DNA from: Thermoplasmata archaeon
Lineage (GTDB): Archaea > Thermoplasmatota > E2 > JACPAO01 > JAHFTW01
Direction of reading: 5' to 3'
DNA length: 64,000 nucleotides
Assembly (NCBI GenBank): GCA_034667725.1
Contig: JAXDQS010000010.1
Span: 217,937 to 281,936 of the forward strand
Below are positions 35,178 to 45,444 of this stretch, piece after piece. The notes beneath the pieces were generated by a model. It did not search any database and had not been told where the DNA came from. It was given only the letters and a program-made list of their open reading frames with translations. The translations under genes were made by a program, and so were the position numbers. Every line of letters starts with the position of its first letter. Position 1 is the stretch's first letter.

Positions 35178-38100
35178 ATGGGCTGCAAACGGTCAAGAAG
35201 GCACGGCGGTCGCTGGGCCTTGACAATGGTCGTCCACCGCTTGTCCCCGCTCGCCGCTGCCTTCATCCTGGCAGTCTCCACCCTCGCCGCCGCGCCGGCG
35301 TCGGCCCTCATCGTCGGCCCCGTCGGCCCCATCGACCCCGACCTCATCAACGTAGACTGCGAGGACAGTGCCGCCGTTAGGGCCGCCTGCAACGCGGTGG
35401 CCACCCTCACGGAGGACCCTGGCGAGATCACCGTCGGGTGCGGCGACGGGTACGCCGGCAACGCCTGCCGCGAAGCCTTGGACACCCTCGAGGACCCGCC
35501 CGCGGCCTGCGAGGCCGTCACGTTCGCGATCTGCGAGGCGGTGGCCCGGCTGCTGGCCGACGACGGCGGCGACCCCGTCGGCCAGTGCCTGCACGACCTC
35601 GGCTTCGACACCGTCGTGATGCCCCAGCCCGGCACCAGCATCGTCAACCTGGACTGCTCGCAGCTTGGCGAGACCCTGGCGAGCCTCTACGTCATCCTGG
35701 ACAACCTGGCGGCGCGGGGCGGCGCCACCCTGAACTCCTGCCTGGCGCTGTTGGGCGACGGCATTGCCAACCTGGAGTCGAGCGGCCCGCCACTGGTGGA
35801 TTGCGAAGGCCTCGGCGAGACCGCCCGCGACACCGTCCAGGCCGCCATGGACCTGGTGGACCGCGAAGCCGACGACGCCATGCGCACCGTCGAGGCGTGC
35901 GTCTACGGCGCGCCCCCGCCGTCCGCCGGCGCCGCGCTGTGCCGCTCCCTCTACAACACGCTCGTCCTCTACCTCGCCTTCGCCGTCCAGACCGGCCTCC
36001 AGGCGGCCAACCACCAGCTTGAGTGCCAAGGCCTCGACACCGTCTCCATCACGGCGCCCGCCCCCGAGGGCGACCCGCCCGCCACCTTCGGCCTGCCGGA
36101 GGAGTGCGTGACCGCCCACCTGCTCTTGACCGCCGTCCAGGAGGCCGTCGCCAACGTGCTGCGCATCGCCGGCGACCTCGCGCCCTCCGTCTCGCTCTGT
36201 GTCGCCGAGGTCCCCGGCGGCCCCACCACCGTCACCCTCGACTGCCGCTACGTCGAGCGCGTCGTGCGCACCGTCGGCGACGCCGAGGCCACCGTCATGC
36301 TCGTCGTGCAGCAATACCTCGACGACTGCCAAGGCCGCGGCGCGCCCCCCGAGGGCCTGCCGAGCTGCCGCGAGCAGGTCGAGAACCTGCAGCGCATCGT
36401 GGACCGCAACTTCGCCGGCGCCTGGCGTGCCGCCCAGGAAGCCGCCGCCGACCTGCAGGCCTGCGCCGCGGCCGCCGCCGCGAGCACCTGCGCGGCCACG
36501 CAAGACTGCGCCCTGCTGCCCTGCGTCCTGCCCGGCGCCTGCGACACCGGCTGCGCCAGCAACGGCACCACCTCCTACCCGGCGCGCGCCAACGGCACCG
36601 CCACCGACGCCCGCATCGGCAACGTCTTCGAGTTCGTGGCCCCCGTCACGGGCGCCGCGGTCCCGGTCGACGTCCACGACTACGACGGGGACGGCATCCC
36701 CGACCTGCTGGACCCCGTCAACCTCCCCTCCGAGACCCTGCGCACGACCTCCGGCGCCGACAACCTGACGCTGCTGGACGGCCTCGGCGAGCAAGGCTTC
36801 GTCCTCTTGATCGAGCCCGGCCACCGGGAGGCCCAGCTCGTGGCCGCCGACCCGCTCGGCGTGGCCCTGTCGCTGCTGCCCGTCGAGGTGCTCGACGCCG
36901 CCACCACCCTCCAGCTTTTGGGCCAGACCCACGGCGGCCACGTCGCCGACCTGCTGGCCAGCGCCCTCAACGAGAACATGACGGTGAACGTCACCTGGGT
37001 CGTCCCGCAGCTGCCCACCGTCGTCCCCCTGCATTGGGCCGGCGGCGCCATCCCCGCCGACGGCAGCTGGCTCATGGCCCGCTCCGACCCGACCCGCCGC
37101 GTCACGTTGGCGCTCTCCGGCCTTGACGTCAAGCTGGAGGCCCCCAGCGCCAGCCACGCCAGCACCGACCCCGACCTGTCGTACCGCTGGGAGTTCCTCA
37201 ACCTCTGGGGCAAGAAGGGCTTCTGCTTCGACCCCACCACCTACACCGGCGGCACCGGCCAGTGCGAAGGCAAGGCCGAGCCCGGCTGGCTGCGCGCCTA
37301 CAGCGGCCGCGCCCACTACGCCCTCCAGGCCGTCGCCGAGAACCTGGAGCGCGGCCTGTCCGACCTGGCGGCGACCCCGGCGGGCACCAACGGCACCGCC
37401 CTGGAGCCCATCCTGGCGCCGACCGAGGGCCTGCGCGGCGACGAGGTCCCCGCCGACGCCATCGACCTGTTCGACCCCTCCTCGCTGGTGCACGCCATCG
37501 GCGACAACAGCACCTCGTTCCCGCCCGGCGTCGGCGTCGACTACCAGGTCCCGGCCCGCGAGCCGCGCTCCCTGCCGCGCCCCGCCATCCTGCAAGCCCC
37601 CGACGCCCTGCTCACGACCGACGTGGACCTGTCGGCCTACCGCCCGACGCGCACCTTCCGCTTCGACGCCCAGTTCTACGAGACCCCCGGCACGCCGCGC
37701 GACCTGCAGCTGCTGACGCTGCACATCACGCCGGCCGACGGCAACGACGCCGCCCAGACCTTCGTGCTCGACGGCCGCGCCTTCACGGAGTACCTGCGCC
37801 TGCTGCCCGGCGAGCAGCTCGCCCTCGATATCGACGCCGATCACTTGGACGGCTTCGTCCAGGTCTCCAAGGACGTCAACGCCGACGGCTGGGAGGACCT
37901 CGTCGTGCAGGTGCCCCACTTCAGCACCGTCACCATGGACGTCCACAGCGACAACTCGATCGCCTACCCCATGTGGACCATGGTCAAGATGACCAGCGCC
38001 ACCGAGGGCTGGCTCACCGGCCCTTACGGCGCCATGTACAAGTACAGCGCCGGCCGCGTCTACCGTCACGACATCCCCGGCCTCGCGGGCCAGATGCGCT

Positions 38101-41100
38101 CCATCGCGCTGCACGTCGTCGGCCCCAACGACGTCTGGGTGGCGGGCGACGGCGACTGCAACCTCGCCGACCCGTCGCCGTTCATCGCCCACTACTACTA
38201 CGGCAGCTGGAGCATCTTCCGCACGTCGCAGGTCGGCCCCGGCTGGGCCTGCGAGGGCTTCATCACCATCTGGATGGACCCCACCGGCTCCTTCGGCTAC
38301 GCGGGCGGCACCGACGGCATGTGGTTCAAGTACGCCAGCGGCGCGTGGAACCCCGCCCCCAGCCCCGCGCCCGGCGCCTGCGTCCGCGACATCGCCTTCG
38401 ACAGCAGCGGCCGCGGCTACGTCGGCGCCAACACCGACTTGTGCCTGGCCAGCGGCCGCCCCGCCATCAGTTACTGGGACGGCAGCTCGTGGAGCAGCCA
38501 CAGCACCTACGGCAGCACCGAGATCTGGAGCGTCATGGACGGCTCCGGCCAATGGGCCGCCGCCATTCCCAAGGACCCGGCCACCCACGGCATCCTGCAA
38601 CAGTCCGGCTCGTCCTGGTCCCTCGCCTCCGTCCCCGTTCCGGCGGGCCATTACTACGGCATGACGCGCGCGCCCGACAGCCGCCTCTGGTTCAGCGCCA
38701 CCGACCGCAGCAACCGCGGCTTCCTGGTCGAACGCGACCCGTCCGGCACCTGGACGACGCACTGGTTCCAGACCCGCATCGGCTTCCTGCGCGACGTCTC
38801 GATGTCGTCCAGCACGGCGGGCCTCGTCGTCGGCGACAAGAACATCCTGGCCATCCAGGTCTCGTCGGCCGCCGCCGCCTCCGCCGACTGGATCTGGGAC
38901 AGCCTGTCGCCGACCTCCGGCACCACCAGCACGACGTTCGCCGGCCGCGACTCCGGCACCCGCGACCCCGACAGCGGCAGCGGCACCGTCGCGCACACCT
39001 GGAACTGGGGCGACGGCTCGGCCAACGACCTGGCCGCCAACGCCGACCACGTCTACCAGGCGCCCGGCACCTACGCCGTCACCCACCAGGTGCGTGCCAG
39101 CAGCACCGGCCAGGCCAACGCGCACGGCTGGACCGTCACGGTGAACCCCCAGTCCACCAGCATCGGCCCCAGCACCTCGGACTCGCTGCCCGCCGGCACC
39201 CGCGTGGCCCCGAAGTACTACCAGTACACCAACGCGGCCAGCGACGGCCAGGCGCATGACTTCCGCGTCGTGCTCGGCGGCGCTGCCGGCGTCAAGATGA
39301 CGATCCGCAAGGGCACCGGCATGGGCGACTTCAGCGCCGGCGGCAACTGGCCCAACTACGGCGCCGCCGGCCGCGACCTGTCCGGCCCCATCGCCTACGG
39401 CCAGTCCATCACCATCCGGGTCGAGCAGGACACCAGCGTGAGCCCCTACGGCGGCTCCTACACCCTCACGGTGACGCAGCTGCCGCCCCCGCCCAACCCG
39501 GCCTTGAGCAGCCTGGTGCCGCAGCCGATGGAGGCGCTGACCCGCGGCTACGAGGAGCTGACGTTCCGCGTCACCTGGACCGACACGCAAGGCTACCAGC
39601 CCCGCGACGCCAGCGGCGCCACCAGCCCGCCCACCATCACGCTGGACACCAACGGCGACGGCGCCCTGGAGACCTACTCCATGCACCTGGACCGGCCGCT
39701 GTTCACCGGCTCCACCTACAAGGCGATCTACTCGTACTCGACCTACCTCAAGGAAGGCAGCGGCACCCAGCCGATCTACAAGGCTTGGGACACGCAGCCC
39801 TACCAGCAGGTCGCCACCGGCGCCTGGATCTACGCCCGCGCCACCGTCCTCAAGGCCTACGACTTCGAGGCCGACGCCGTCGACCGCCTCCCGGCAGGCT
39901 TCGCCAACGTCCCGCTGGCCGGCCACCCGGTGAGCTACTGGCACGTCACCGACACCGCCAAGGCGGGCACGCCCGACCGCGTCGCCTTCGGCGCGCACGG
40001 CAAGGCCCTCTGGTTCGGCCAGGAGTCCTCCGGGAACTACGTCGACGCCGACGGCCGCGCCCCGGGCGGCGCCCTCGAGACGCCGGTGCACGACCTGAAC
40101 CGCATGGACAAGCCGGTGCTGTCGTTCGCGTCGCTCTACGAGACCCAGGACGACGGCAGCAGCATCGACGTCAAGCAGGTCCACATCAAGGCCCGCGACC
40201 CCGGCGGCGTCTGGGGCGGCTGGGTGCTGCTGCAGGCCGTCCACGGCCCCGGCTTCCTGCCCGGCCGCTGGAACACCGTGGCCGCCAGCCTCGCCGACTA
40301 CGCCGGCAAGGAGGTCGTGCTGCGCTTCCAGTTCCAGGCCGACAACGCCAACAACGGCTACCTCGGCTGGTACGTCGACGACATCGTGCTCGGCAGCGAC
40401 GCCGACGGCGACCTGATCCCCGACCTGAAGGAGGCCAACCGCGTCATCGGGCTCCGCAACGGCGCCGTCGGCCCCGTCAACGTCGCCCCCGGCCAGACCG
40501 GCGCCAGCTACGTCAACCGCGTCAGCACCTCCGGCTTCCAGGGTGTCGTCGCCGAGGCCGTCCTCTACTCCGAGCGGCCGCAGGACCTGCGCGTCGAGCT
40601 GCTGGTGCCGCCGGCGGGCACGCTCCCCGGCGACTTCCCCGCGCTCACGACCGAATTCCGGCCGTTCAAGCTGAACCCGGCCGCGGCGCCCGCCACCGAC
40701 ACGGTGTGCGGCGTCACCAGCCCGGTGCGCAACTCCCTGTCGCCCTGGTACGCGACCTACCCGAACCTGCTCTTGGACCCCGCCACCGGCTTCGACAACC
40801 CCCGCATCGGCGGCGGCTTCGGCCCCGACTCGCGCCCGACCGTCGTGCCGATCCACGCCCTGGAGTTCAAGCGGGTCGACGGCGTCGGCCTTGCCATCAA
40901 GGCGGACCTCACCGAATGCCTCAAGGCCGCCGGCTTGAGCGAGTTCGGCGTCCACGACGTCGTGCTGCGCGTCCAGAACACCGCCGCCTCCGGCACCGCG
41001 ACCATCGAGTCGTTCGCGGTCACCGGCGTCGGCCGGTCGTCGATGTTCAGCGCCCGCAGCGCCGCCATCGGCATGGGCGACTACCGCGCCAGCGACGGCG

Positions 41101-42806
41101 GCTGGCTGGGCGGCGGCACGCCGCTGGGCCCCGACGCCGACTGGGACGGCATGGCGCGCGGCGAGGACGGCAACGACATGGTGCCGACCTACGTGCCGTT
41201 GGTCTTCGTCGACTACAACAAGCCCGAGGAGGGCCTGCAGTTCGCCCTCGACAGCAAGCGCGTCGTGCTGTCCGTCGACATCCTGGCCACCACCGGCACC
41301 ACCACGCGCGACGTCGCGACCCCGGTGGCCCAGGCCTACGGCGAGTGGCGCAACTACGTCCTGCCGGCCAGCCGGTTCGCCGGCGCCGACAGCCTGCGCA
41401 TCGTCGTCAGCCTGGCCGGCGGCTCGGTCATGACCATCGAGGCGGCCTTCAAGGACCGCCAGCCGCAGCTGGCCAGCCTCACCGAGTCCTTCCTGGCCGA
41501 CCCCGGCAACCCCTCGCCGGAGCCTGGCAGCCACTACCTGACCGACGCCGAGCGCAACCTCGGCTACATCATGGGCGGCGCCAAGGCCCTCTACTGGGTC
41601 TACAAGGCGGGCAAGCTCATCACGGGCGTCGGGGCCGCCGAGACCGCCCTCGAAGGGGCCACCCTGGTCGTCAAGACCGTCGGCAAGTGGGCCATCGTCA
41701 AGGTCGCCAAGGAGGGCCTCAAGTCGGCCTACGCCTCCAGTGGCGAGCTCACCATCTACGAGAAGACCTCGCGCCACAACATCTACAAGGGCCGGACCTC
41801 GCGCGGCGACTACCCCGAGGTCTACGACCTCTTGGACGAGGCCATCACCAACGCCCAAGGCCCGTACCCCACCATCGGCGGCAACAACGTCTGGTTCTAC
41901 GAGAAGGCGGTGGACCCGTCGACGGGCGCCATCGCCAAGCTCTACGTGCTGGAGACCCGCCAGGACGGCGACCTGTTCCGCGGCTGGGGCCACTCGCTTG
42001 CCAGCTGGGGCCAGATGGTGTCGCGGCCCTACACGGCCGGCGCGGACGCCAACACCGTCCACGCCACCGACGTCTCGGACATCCAGAGCATCGAGCGGCT
42101 GGCCAAGGTCGCCGGCCCGTACCCGAGCTTCGGGAGCTTCCTGTGCGCCGTCACTTGCTATGCCGAGGTGGACGGCGACCCCGGCCGCGTCCACCTGCAA
42201 GCCTACGGCGTCAACTGGGACAACCGCCACGACAGCAAGCTCGACGTCGACGCCGGCTGGGTCACGGCGGCGCGCTACGCCGCCTACCGCCCGAACTCGT
42301 GGGTGCCTTCCATCAACGAGGGCCAGCGCGACCTCCAGCTCGCGGGCTGGATCCGGTCGTACCGCTTCATCCACGACAACGGCGTCCACGCCTCGGCCTC
42401 GCAGGACGCGAAGGCCTTCTGGGGCGACGACTACGCCTCGAACCCAGGATGCGCTGCCGAGACCACGCGCCGCTGCCAGGCGCCGACCGCGACCTTCGAC
42501 GGCCACGGCGTCTTCGCCCAGGGCTTCACCCTGCGCTGGACGACCTCGTCGAGCCCCACGGTCCTCAAGACCGACAAGGCGGCCAGCTTCGGCCTCTACA
42601 CCAACTCCGACCGCGGGCCCTGGGATGGCCGCTCCGGCATCGAAAAGAGGCGCGACACCCTGGCGACGTCGCTCGGCACCCCGGGCTCCGGCCATGACGC
42701 GAACCTCATCCTGGCGCTCGACGCCAGCGGCGCCACCTGGGAGGACGACCACTACTACCCAGAGTACGGCCCGCACACCTTGGAGGAGTTCTACGACGTC
42801 CCGTAG
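35178..42806 (+). CDS. Giant secreted multidomain protein (~2540 aa)
   Basis: Single uninterrupted frame. Signal peptide, Cys-rich helical N-terminal ~450 aa, propeller-like W/Y/G-rich repeats, a PKD-like domain (TVAHTWNWGDGSANDLAANADHVYQAPGTYAVTHQV), a GWYVDDIVLG motif and a ~600-aa K/Y/I-rich C-terminal module. The antisense ORF is low-complexity. Confidence 0.7.
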   Translation: MGCKRSRRHGGRWALTMVVHRLSPLAAAFILAVSTLAAAPASALIVGPVGPIDPDLINVDCEDSAAVRAACNAVATLTEDPGEITVGCGDGYAGNACREALDTLEDPPAACEAVTFAICEAVARLLADDGGDPVGQCLHDLGFDTVVMPQPGTSIVNLDCSQLGETLASLYVILDNLAARGGATLNSCLALLGDGIANLESSGPPLVDCEGLGETARDTVQAAMDLVDREADDAMRTVEACVYGAPPPSAGAALCRSLYNTLVLYLAFAVQTGLQAANHQLECQGLDTVSITAPAPEGDPPATFGLPEECVTAHLLLTAVQEAVANVLRIAGDLAPSVSLCVAEVPGGPTTVTLDCRYVERVVRTVGDAEATVMLVVQQYLDDCQGRGAPPEGLPSCREQVENLQRIVDRNFAGAWRAAQEAAADLQACAAAAAASTCAATQDCALLPCVLPGACDTGCASNGTTSYPARANGTATDARIGNVFEFVAPVTGAAVPVDVHDYDGDGIPDLLDPVNLPSETLRTTSGADNLTLLDGLGEQGFVLLIEPGHREAQLVAADPLGVALSLLPVEVLDAATTLQLLGQTHGGHVADLLASALNENMTVNVTWVVPQLPTVVPLHWAGGAIPADGSWLMARSDPTRRVTLALSGLDVKLEAPSASHASTDPDLSYRWEFLNLWGKKGFCFDPTTYTGGTGQCEGKAEPGWLRAYSGRAHYALQAVAENLERGLSDLAATPAGTNGTALEPILAPTEGLRGDEVPADAIDLFDPSSLVHAIGDNSTSFPPGVGVDYQVPAREPRSLPRPAILQAPDALLTTDVDLSAYRPTRTFRFDAQFYETPGTPRDLQLLTLHITPADGNDAAQTFVLDGRAFTEYLRLLPGEQLALDIDADHLDGFVQVSKDVNADGWEDLVVQVPHFSTVTMDVHSDNSIAYPMWTMVKMTSATEGWLTGPYGAMYKYSAGRVYRHDIPGLAGQMRSIALHVVGPNDVWVAGDGDCNLADPSPFIAHYYYGSWSIFRTSQVGPGWACEGFITIWMDPTGSFGYAGGTDGMWFKYASGAWNPAPSPAPGACVRDIAFDSSGRGYVGANTDLCLASGRPAISYWDGSSWSSHSTYGSTEIWSVMDGSGQWAAAIPKDPATHGILQQSGSSWSLASVPVPAGHYYGMTRAPDSRLWFSATDRSNRGFLVERDPSGTWTTHWFQTRIGFLRDVSMSSSTAGLVVGDKNILAIQVSSAAAASADWIWDSLSPTSGTTSTTFAGRDSGTRDPDSGSGTVAHTWNWGDGSANDLAANADHVYQAPGTYAVTHQVRASSTGQANAHGWTVTVNPQSTSIGPSTSDSLPAGTRVAPKYYQYTNAASDGQAHDFRVVLGGAAGVKMTIRKGTGMGDFSAGGNWPNYGAAGRDLSGPIAYGQSITIRVEQDTSVSPYGGSYTLTVTQLPPPPNPALSSLVPQPMEALTRGYEELTFRVTWTDTQGYQPRDASGATSPPTITLDTNGDGALETYSMHLDRPLFTGSTYKAIYSYSTYLKEGSGTQPIYKAWDTQPYQQVATGAWIYARATVLKAYDFEADAVDRLPAGFANVPLAGHPVSYWHVTDTAKAGTPDRVAFGAHGKALWFGQESSGNYVDADGRAPGGALETPVHDLNRMDKPVLSFASLYETQDDGSSIDVKQVHIKARDPGGVWGGWVLLQAVHGPGFLPGRWNTVAASLADYAGKEVVLRFQFQADNANNGYLGWYVDDIVLGSDADGDLIPDLKEANRVIGLRNGAVGPVNVAPGQTGASYVNRVSTSGFQGVVAEAVLYSERPQDLRVELLVPPAGTLPGDFPALTTEFRPFKLNPAAAPATDTVCGVTSPVRNSLSPWYATYPNLLLDPATGFDNPRIGGGFGPDSRPTVVPIHALEFKRVDGVGLAIKADLTECLKAAGLSEFGVHDVVLRVQNTAASGTATIESFAVTGVGRSSMFSARSAAIGMGDYRASDGGWLGGGTPLGPDADWDGMARGEDGNDMVPTYVPLVFVDYNKPEEGLQFALDSKRVVLSVDILATTGTTTRDVATPVAQAYGEWRNYVLPASRFAGADSLRIVVSLAGGSVMTIEAAFKDRQPQLASLTESFLADPGNPSPEPGSHYLTDAERNLGYIMGGAKALYWVYKAGKLITGVGAAETALEGATLVVKTVGKWAIVKVAKEGLKSAYASSGELTIYEKTSRHNIYKGRTSRGDYPEVYDLLDEAITNAQGPYPTIGGNNVWFYEKAVDPSTGAIAKLYVLETRQDGDLFRGWGHSLASWGQMVSRPYTAGADANTVHATDVSDIQSIERLAKVAGPYPSFGSFLCAVTCYAEVDGDPGRVHLQAYGVNWDNRHDSKLDVDAGWVTAARYAAYRPNSWVPSINEGQRDLQLAGWIRSYRFIHDNGVHASASQDAKAFWGDDYASNPGCAAETTRRCQAPTATFDGHGVFAQGFTLRWTTSSSPTVLKTDKAASFGLYTNSDRGPWDGRSGIEKRRDTLATSLGTPGSGHDANLILALDASGATWEDDHYYPEYGPHTLEEFYDVP

Positions 42807-43938
42807 CCGCGCCCTCTTGGCCGTCGCGGCGGCGCTGCTGCTGGCCGGCTGCCTGGGGTCGGTGGACGACGGCAGCCAGGCCCCGCCGCCGGACGCCTGC
42901 GCGGACGGCGTGCCGCCGTGCGTCCGCAACGCCGACGCCGAGCTGCTGGAGGCCAAGTACGGCTTCCGGCAACTCAGCAACGGCACCGGCCGGCCGCTCC
43001 AGCCGTGGGTCACGAACGGCTTCGCCGGCTGGTCGGTGTTCTACTCGGACGCCTCCCCCCGCGTGGACCTCGCGGCGCGGACCCTGGCGGAAGATGACGA
43101 CGACGGCGCGGCCCGCGGGCTCACGCTGGCGGCCGGCGGCAAGGTCGCCTACACCTTGACGCCGCTGGCCAACGACGCGCTCGACCACGCCCACGCCCGC
43201 CTGCTGCTGCAGGACGCCGCCACCGGCGAGGCCACGCCCCTCGTGGAGGACCGCGGGCTGTATCCTCGCGCCTTCGGCCCGCCGTGGCTGCTGCTGCAAG
43301 AAGACAAGGGCGACGGCGCGCCGCGCGACCTCTGGGCCCTCCACGTCGAGACGCGGGCGCTGCAACTGGTCTCCGACCGCAGCGGCGAGGCCCACGGCGG
43401 CCCCGTCGTGACCGGCCACGCCGTCGCCGGCCACCACGCCGTCTGGGCCGAGGCCGAGCCCCAGCCGGACGGAAGCTTCGCCTACTCGGTGCGCACCCGC
43501 GACCTGGAGGCCCAAGCCGACGGCCCGACGTTCCGCGTCGCCGGCGGCGGCGAGGTCGACTGGATCGCCAGCACCGGCGCCGCCGCGGCCATCCTGGTCG
43601 GCCACGACGCGGGCGCCGACCTTTTGCTCTTCGACCCCGCCACCGGCCAGGCACGCCCGCTGGGCCCCGAGCCCGGCTGGAACGCGGTGCTCGCCGCCGC
43701 GGGCGGCGGCGCCGTCGTCGTGGCCGAGCGCCGCGGCGACGACGAGGCCCGGCTGCGCCTCATCCGCGCCGACGGCACGTCGGAGGCGCTGGCGGACCTG
43801 GAGGAGCTGGCGGTGGCGTCGATGGCCACCGACGGCCACGACCTCGTGCTGGTGGCCTACGCGTCGCCAAGCCGCGGCCTGCGCTACGAAGGCACCCAGG
43901 TCTACTGGAAGCCGCTCGACCTCGGCAATCGCGCTTAA
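42693..43938 (+). CDS. Putative lipoprotein (beta-rich), start uncertain
   Basis: Lipobox LLLAGC after a basic n-region (TSRSRALLAVAAALLLAGCLG). The only upstream in-frame ATG (42693) overlaps the giant gene's 3' end by 113 nt in another frame; a TTG at 42816 is the alternative. Confidence 0.45.
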
Positions 43939-43941
43939 GAG

Positions 43942-44598
43942 TTGCACCTCCGTCGCGCCGCCGTGGCGCGCTTTGCGCGGGGGTCCGCCCCCTGGCTGCT
44001 GGCCCCCGTGACCCTCGCGGTCGTGCTGGTGGCCTACGGTCTGCAGTCGAAGGACGTCTGGCCGTTCGTCGCCGCGGTCCTGCCGCTCTTGGTGTTCGCG
44101 TTCTTCATCGTGTTCTTCCGCGACCCCGACCGCCTGGCCTCGGAAGGCATCGCGAGCCCCGCCGACGGCACCGTGAGCTTCATCGACGAGGTGGACGACC
44201 CCGACCTCGGCCGGGTCGAGCGCTTCTCGATCTTCATGTCGCCTAAGGACGTCCACGTCAACCGCTACCCGGTGGACGGCACCGTCGTGTCGGTGCTGCA
44301 CAAGCCCGGCGGCCACGTGCCCGCCTTCAACAAGGAGGCCGAGCGCAACGAGCGGGTCGAGACCCTGCTGGCCACCGCCCACGGCCGCGTCAAGGTCATC
44401 CAGATCGCCGGCACCGTGGCCCGCCGCATCGTGCCCTACCACAAGGCCGGCGAGGCCGCCGTCAAGGGCGAGCGCTTCGGCCTCATCCGCCTCGGCTCGC
44501 GCTGCGACATCCTGGTCGCGCCCGGCACGGTGCGCTGGACCGTCCCGCCCGGCACCCAGGTCTACGCCGGCACCACCAGCCTGGGGGCGTTCAAGTGA
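43942..44598 (+). CDS. psd: Archaetidylserine (phosphatidylserine) decarboxylase proenzyme, short form
   Basis: 218 aa; N-terminal membrane helices, Psd-like core and a near-C-terminal GTTS motif consistent with the self-cleavage site of short PSDs. Confidence 0.65.
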   Translation: MHLRRAAVARFARGSAPWLLAPVTLAVVLVAYGLQSKDVWPFVAAVLPLLVFAFFIVFFRDPDRLASEGIASPADGTVSFIDEVDDPDLGRVERFSIFMSPKDVHVNRYPVDGTVVSVLHKPGGHVPAFNKEAERNERVETLLATAHGRVKVIQIAGTVARRIVPYHKAGEAAVKGERFGLIRLGSRCDILVAPGTVRWTVPPGTQVYAGTTSLGAFK

Positions 44599-45443
44599 CC
44601 CAGCCGCCGCCCGGCGCCCCTGGCGCCCCCGCCGCGGGCGACGGCGACACCTGGCGCGGCTACTTCCGCGCCGCCCTGCGCGACGAGTGGGACGGCCTCG
44701 ACCGCATCAACCGCGACCTCCGGCTGGCGGACCTGTTCACGCTCACCAACGCCCTCATGGGCCTCGCCGCGCTGCTGCTGATCGCCACCGCGCCCTACGA
44801 GGCCCGCTGGGACCGCATCCACCTCGCCATCGAGCTGGTCCTGGTCGGCGTCATCATGGACGGCGTCGACGGCGCCGTGTCCCGCATGGGCAAAGGCAAC
44901 GGCCCGCTCGGCGCCGTCCTCGACACGCTCGCCGACGCCTTGACCTTCGTCGCCACCAGCGCCGTCGTCACCTTCGTCTTCATCGACACCGCCCGCGGCG
45001 GCGAGACCGACCCGTTCCTCGACCGCTGGGGCAGCCTGCTCGCCCTCGGCTTCTACGTCGTGTGCGGCCTGCTGCGCCTGGCCCGCTTCGAGTCGCTCCG
45101 GGACACCGGCAAGCCCCGCGACTACTTCTCCGGCATCCCGACGCCCGCCGCCGCCCTCATGCTGCTGGCCATGGTGCTGGTCGAGTCGCCCGACTGGCTG
45201 CTGCTGTCGGCCGCGTTCGTGCTCGGCATCCTCATGACGACCCGCGCCCGCTACCCGAAGATCCGCGGCTGGATCGCCGTCGGCACCGTCGCCATCCTGC
45301 TCGCCATCCTCGTGAGCTTCAGCAACCCCGACTTCCAGGCGTGGCTCGCGCGCGGCCTCCTGGCCCTCATGGCGCTCTACGTCCTTGCCGGCCCCTTCGT
45401 CGTGCTCGCCCGCCACGGCGCCAACTTCCCGGGGTCCCGGTAG
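44595..45443 (+). CDS. pssA: CDP-alcohol phosphatidyltransferase (archaetidylserine synthase-like)
   Basis: DGxxAR...G...G...D...D signature in DGVDGAVSRMGKGNGPLGAVLDTLADALTF; multiple TM helices. Start overlaps the psd stop. Confidence 0.75.
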   Translation: MTQPPPGAPGAPAAGDGDTWRGYFRAALRDEWDGLDRINRDLRLADLFTLTNALMGLAALLLIATAPYEARWDRIHLAIELVLVGVIMDGVDGAVSRMGKGNGPLGAVLDTLADALTFVATSAVVTFVFIDTARGGETDPFLDRWGSLLALGFYVVCGLLRLARFESLRDTGKPRDYFSGIPTPAAALMLLAMVLVESPDWLLLSAAFVLGILMTTRARYPKIRGWIAVGTVAILLAILVSFSNPDFQAWLARGLLALMALYVLAGPFVVLARHGANFPGSR

Positions 45444-45444
45444 G

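Noticed and set aside
35193-43013. 2606-aa minus-strand ORF antisense to the giant gene
   Set aside because: Translation is low-complexity Gly/Ala/Arg/Val-rich with no signal peptide or domain-like motifs, whereas the plus frame has a signal peptide, PKD-like motif and structured Cys patterns. This is the usual antisense open frame of a high-GC gene.
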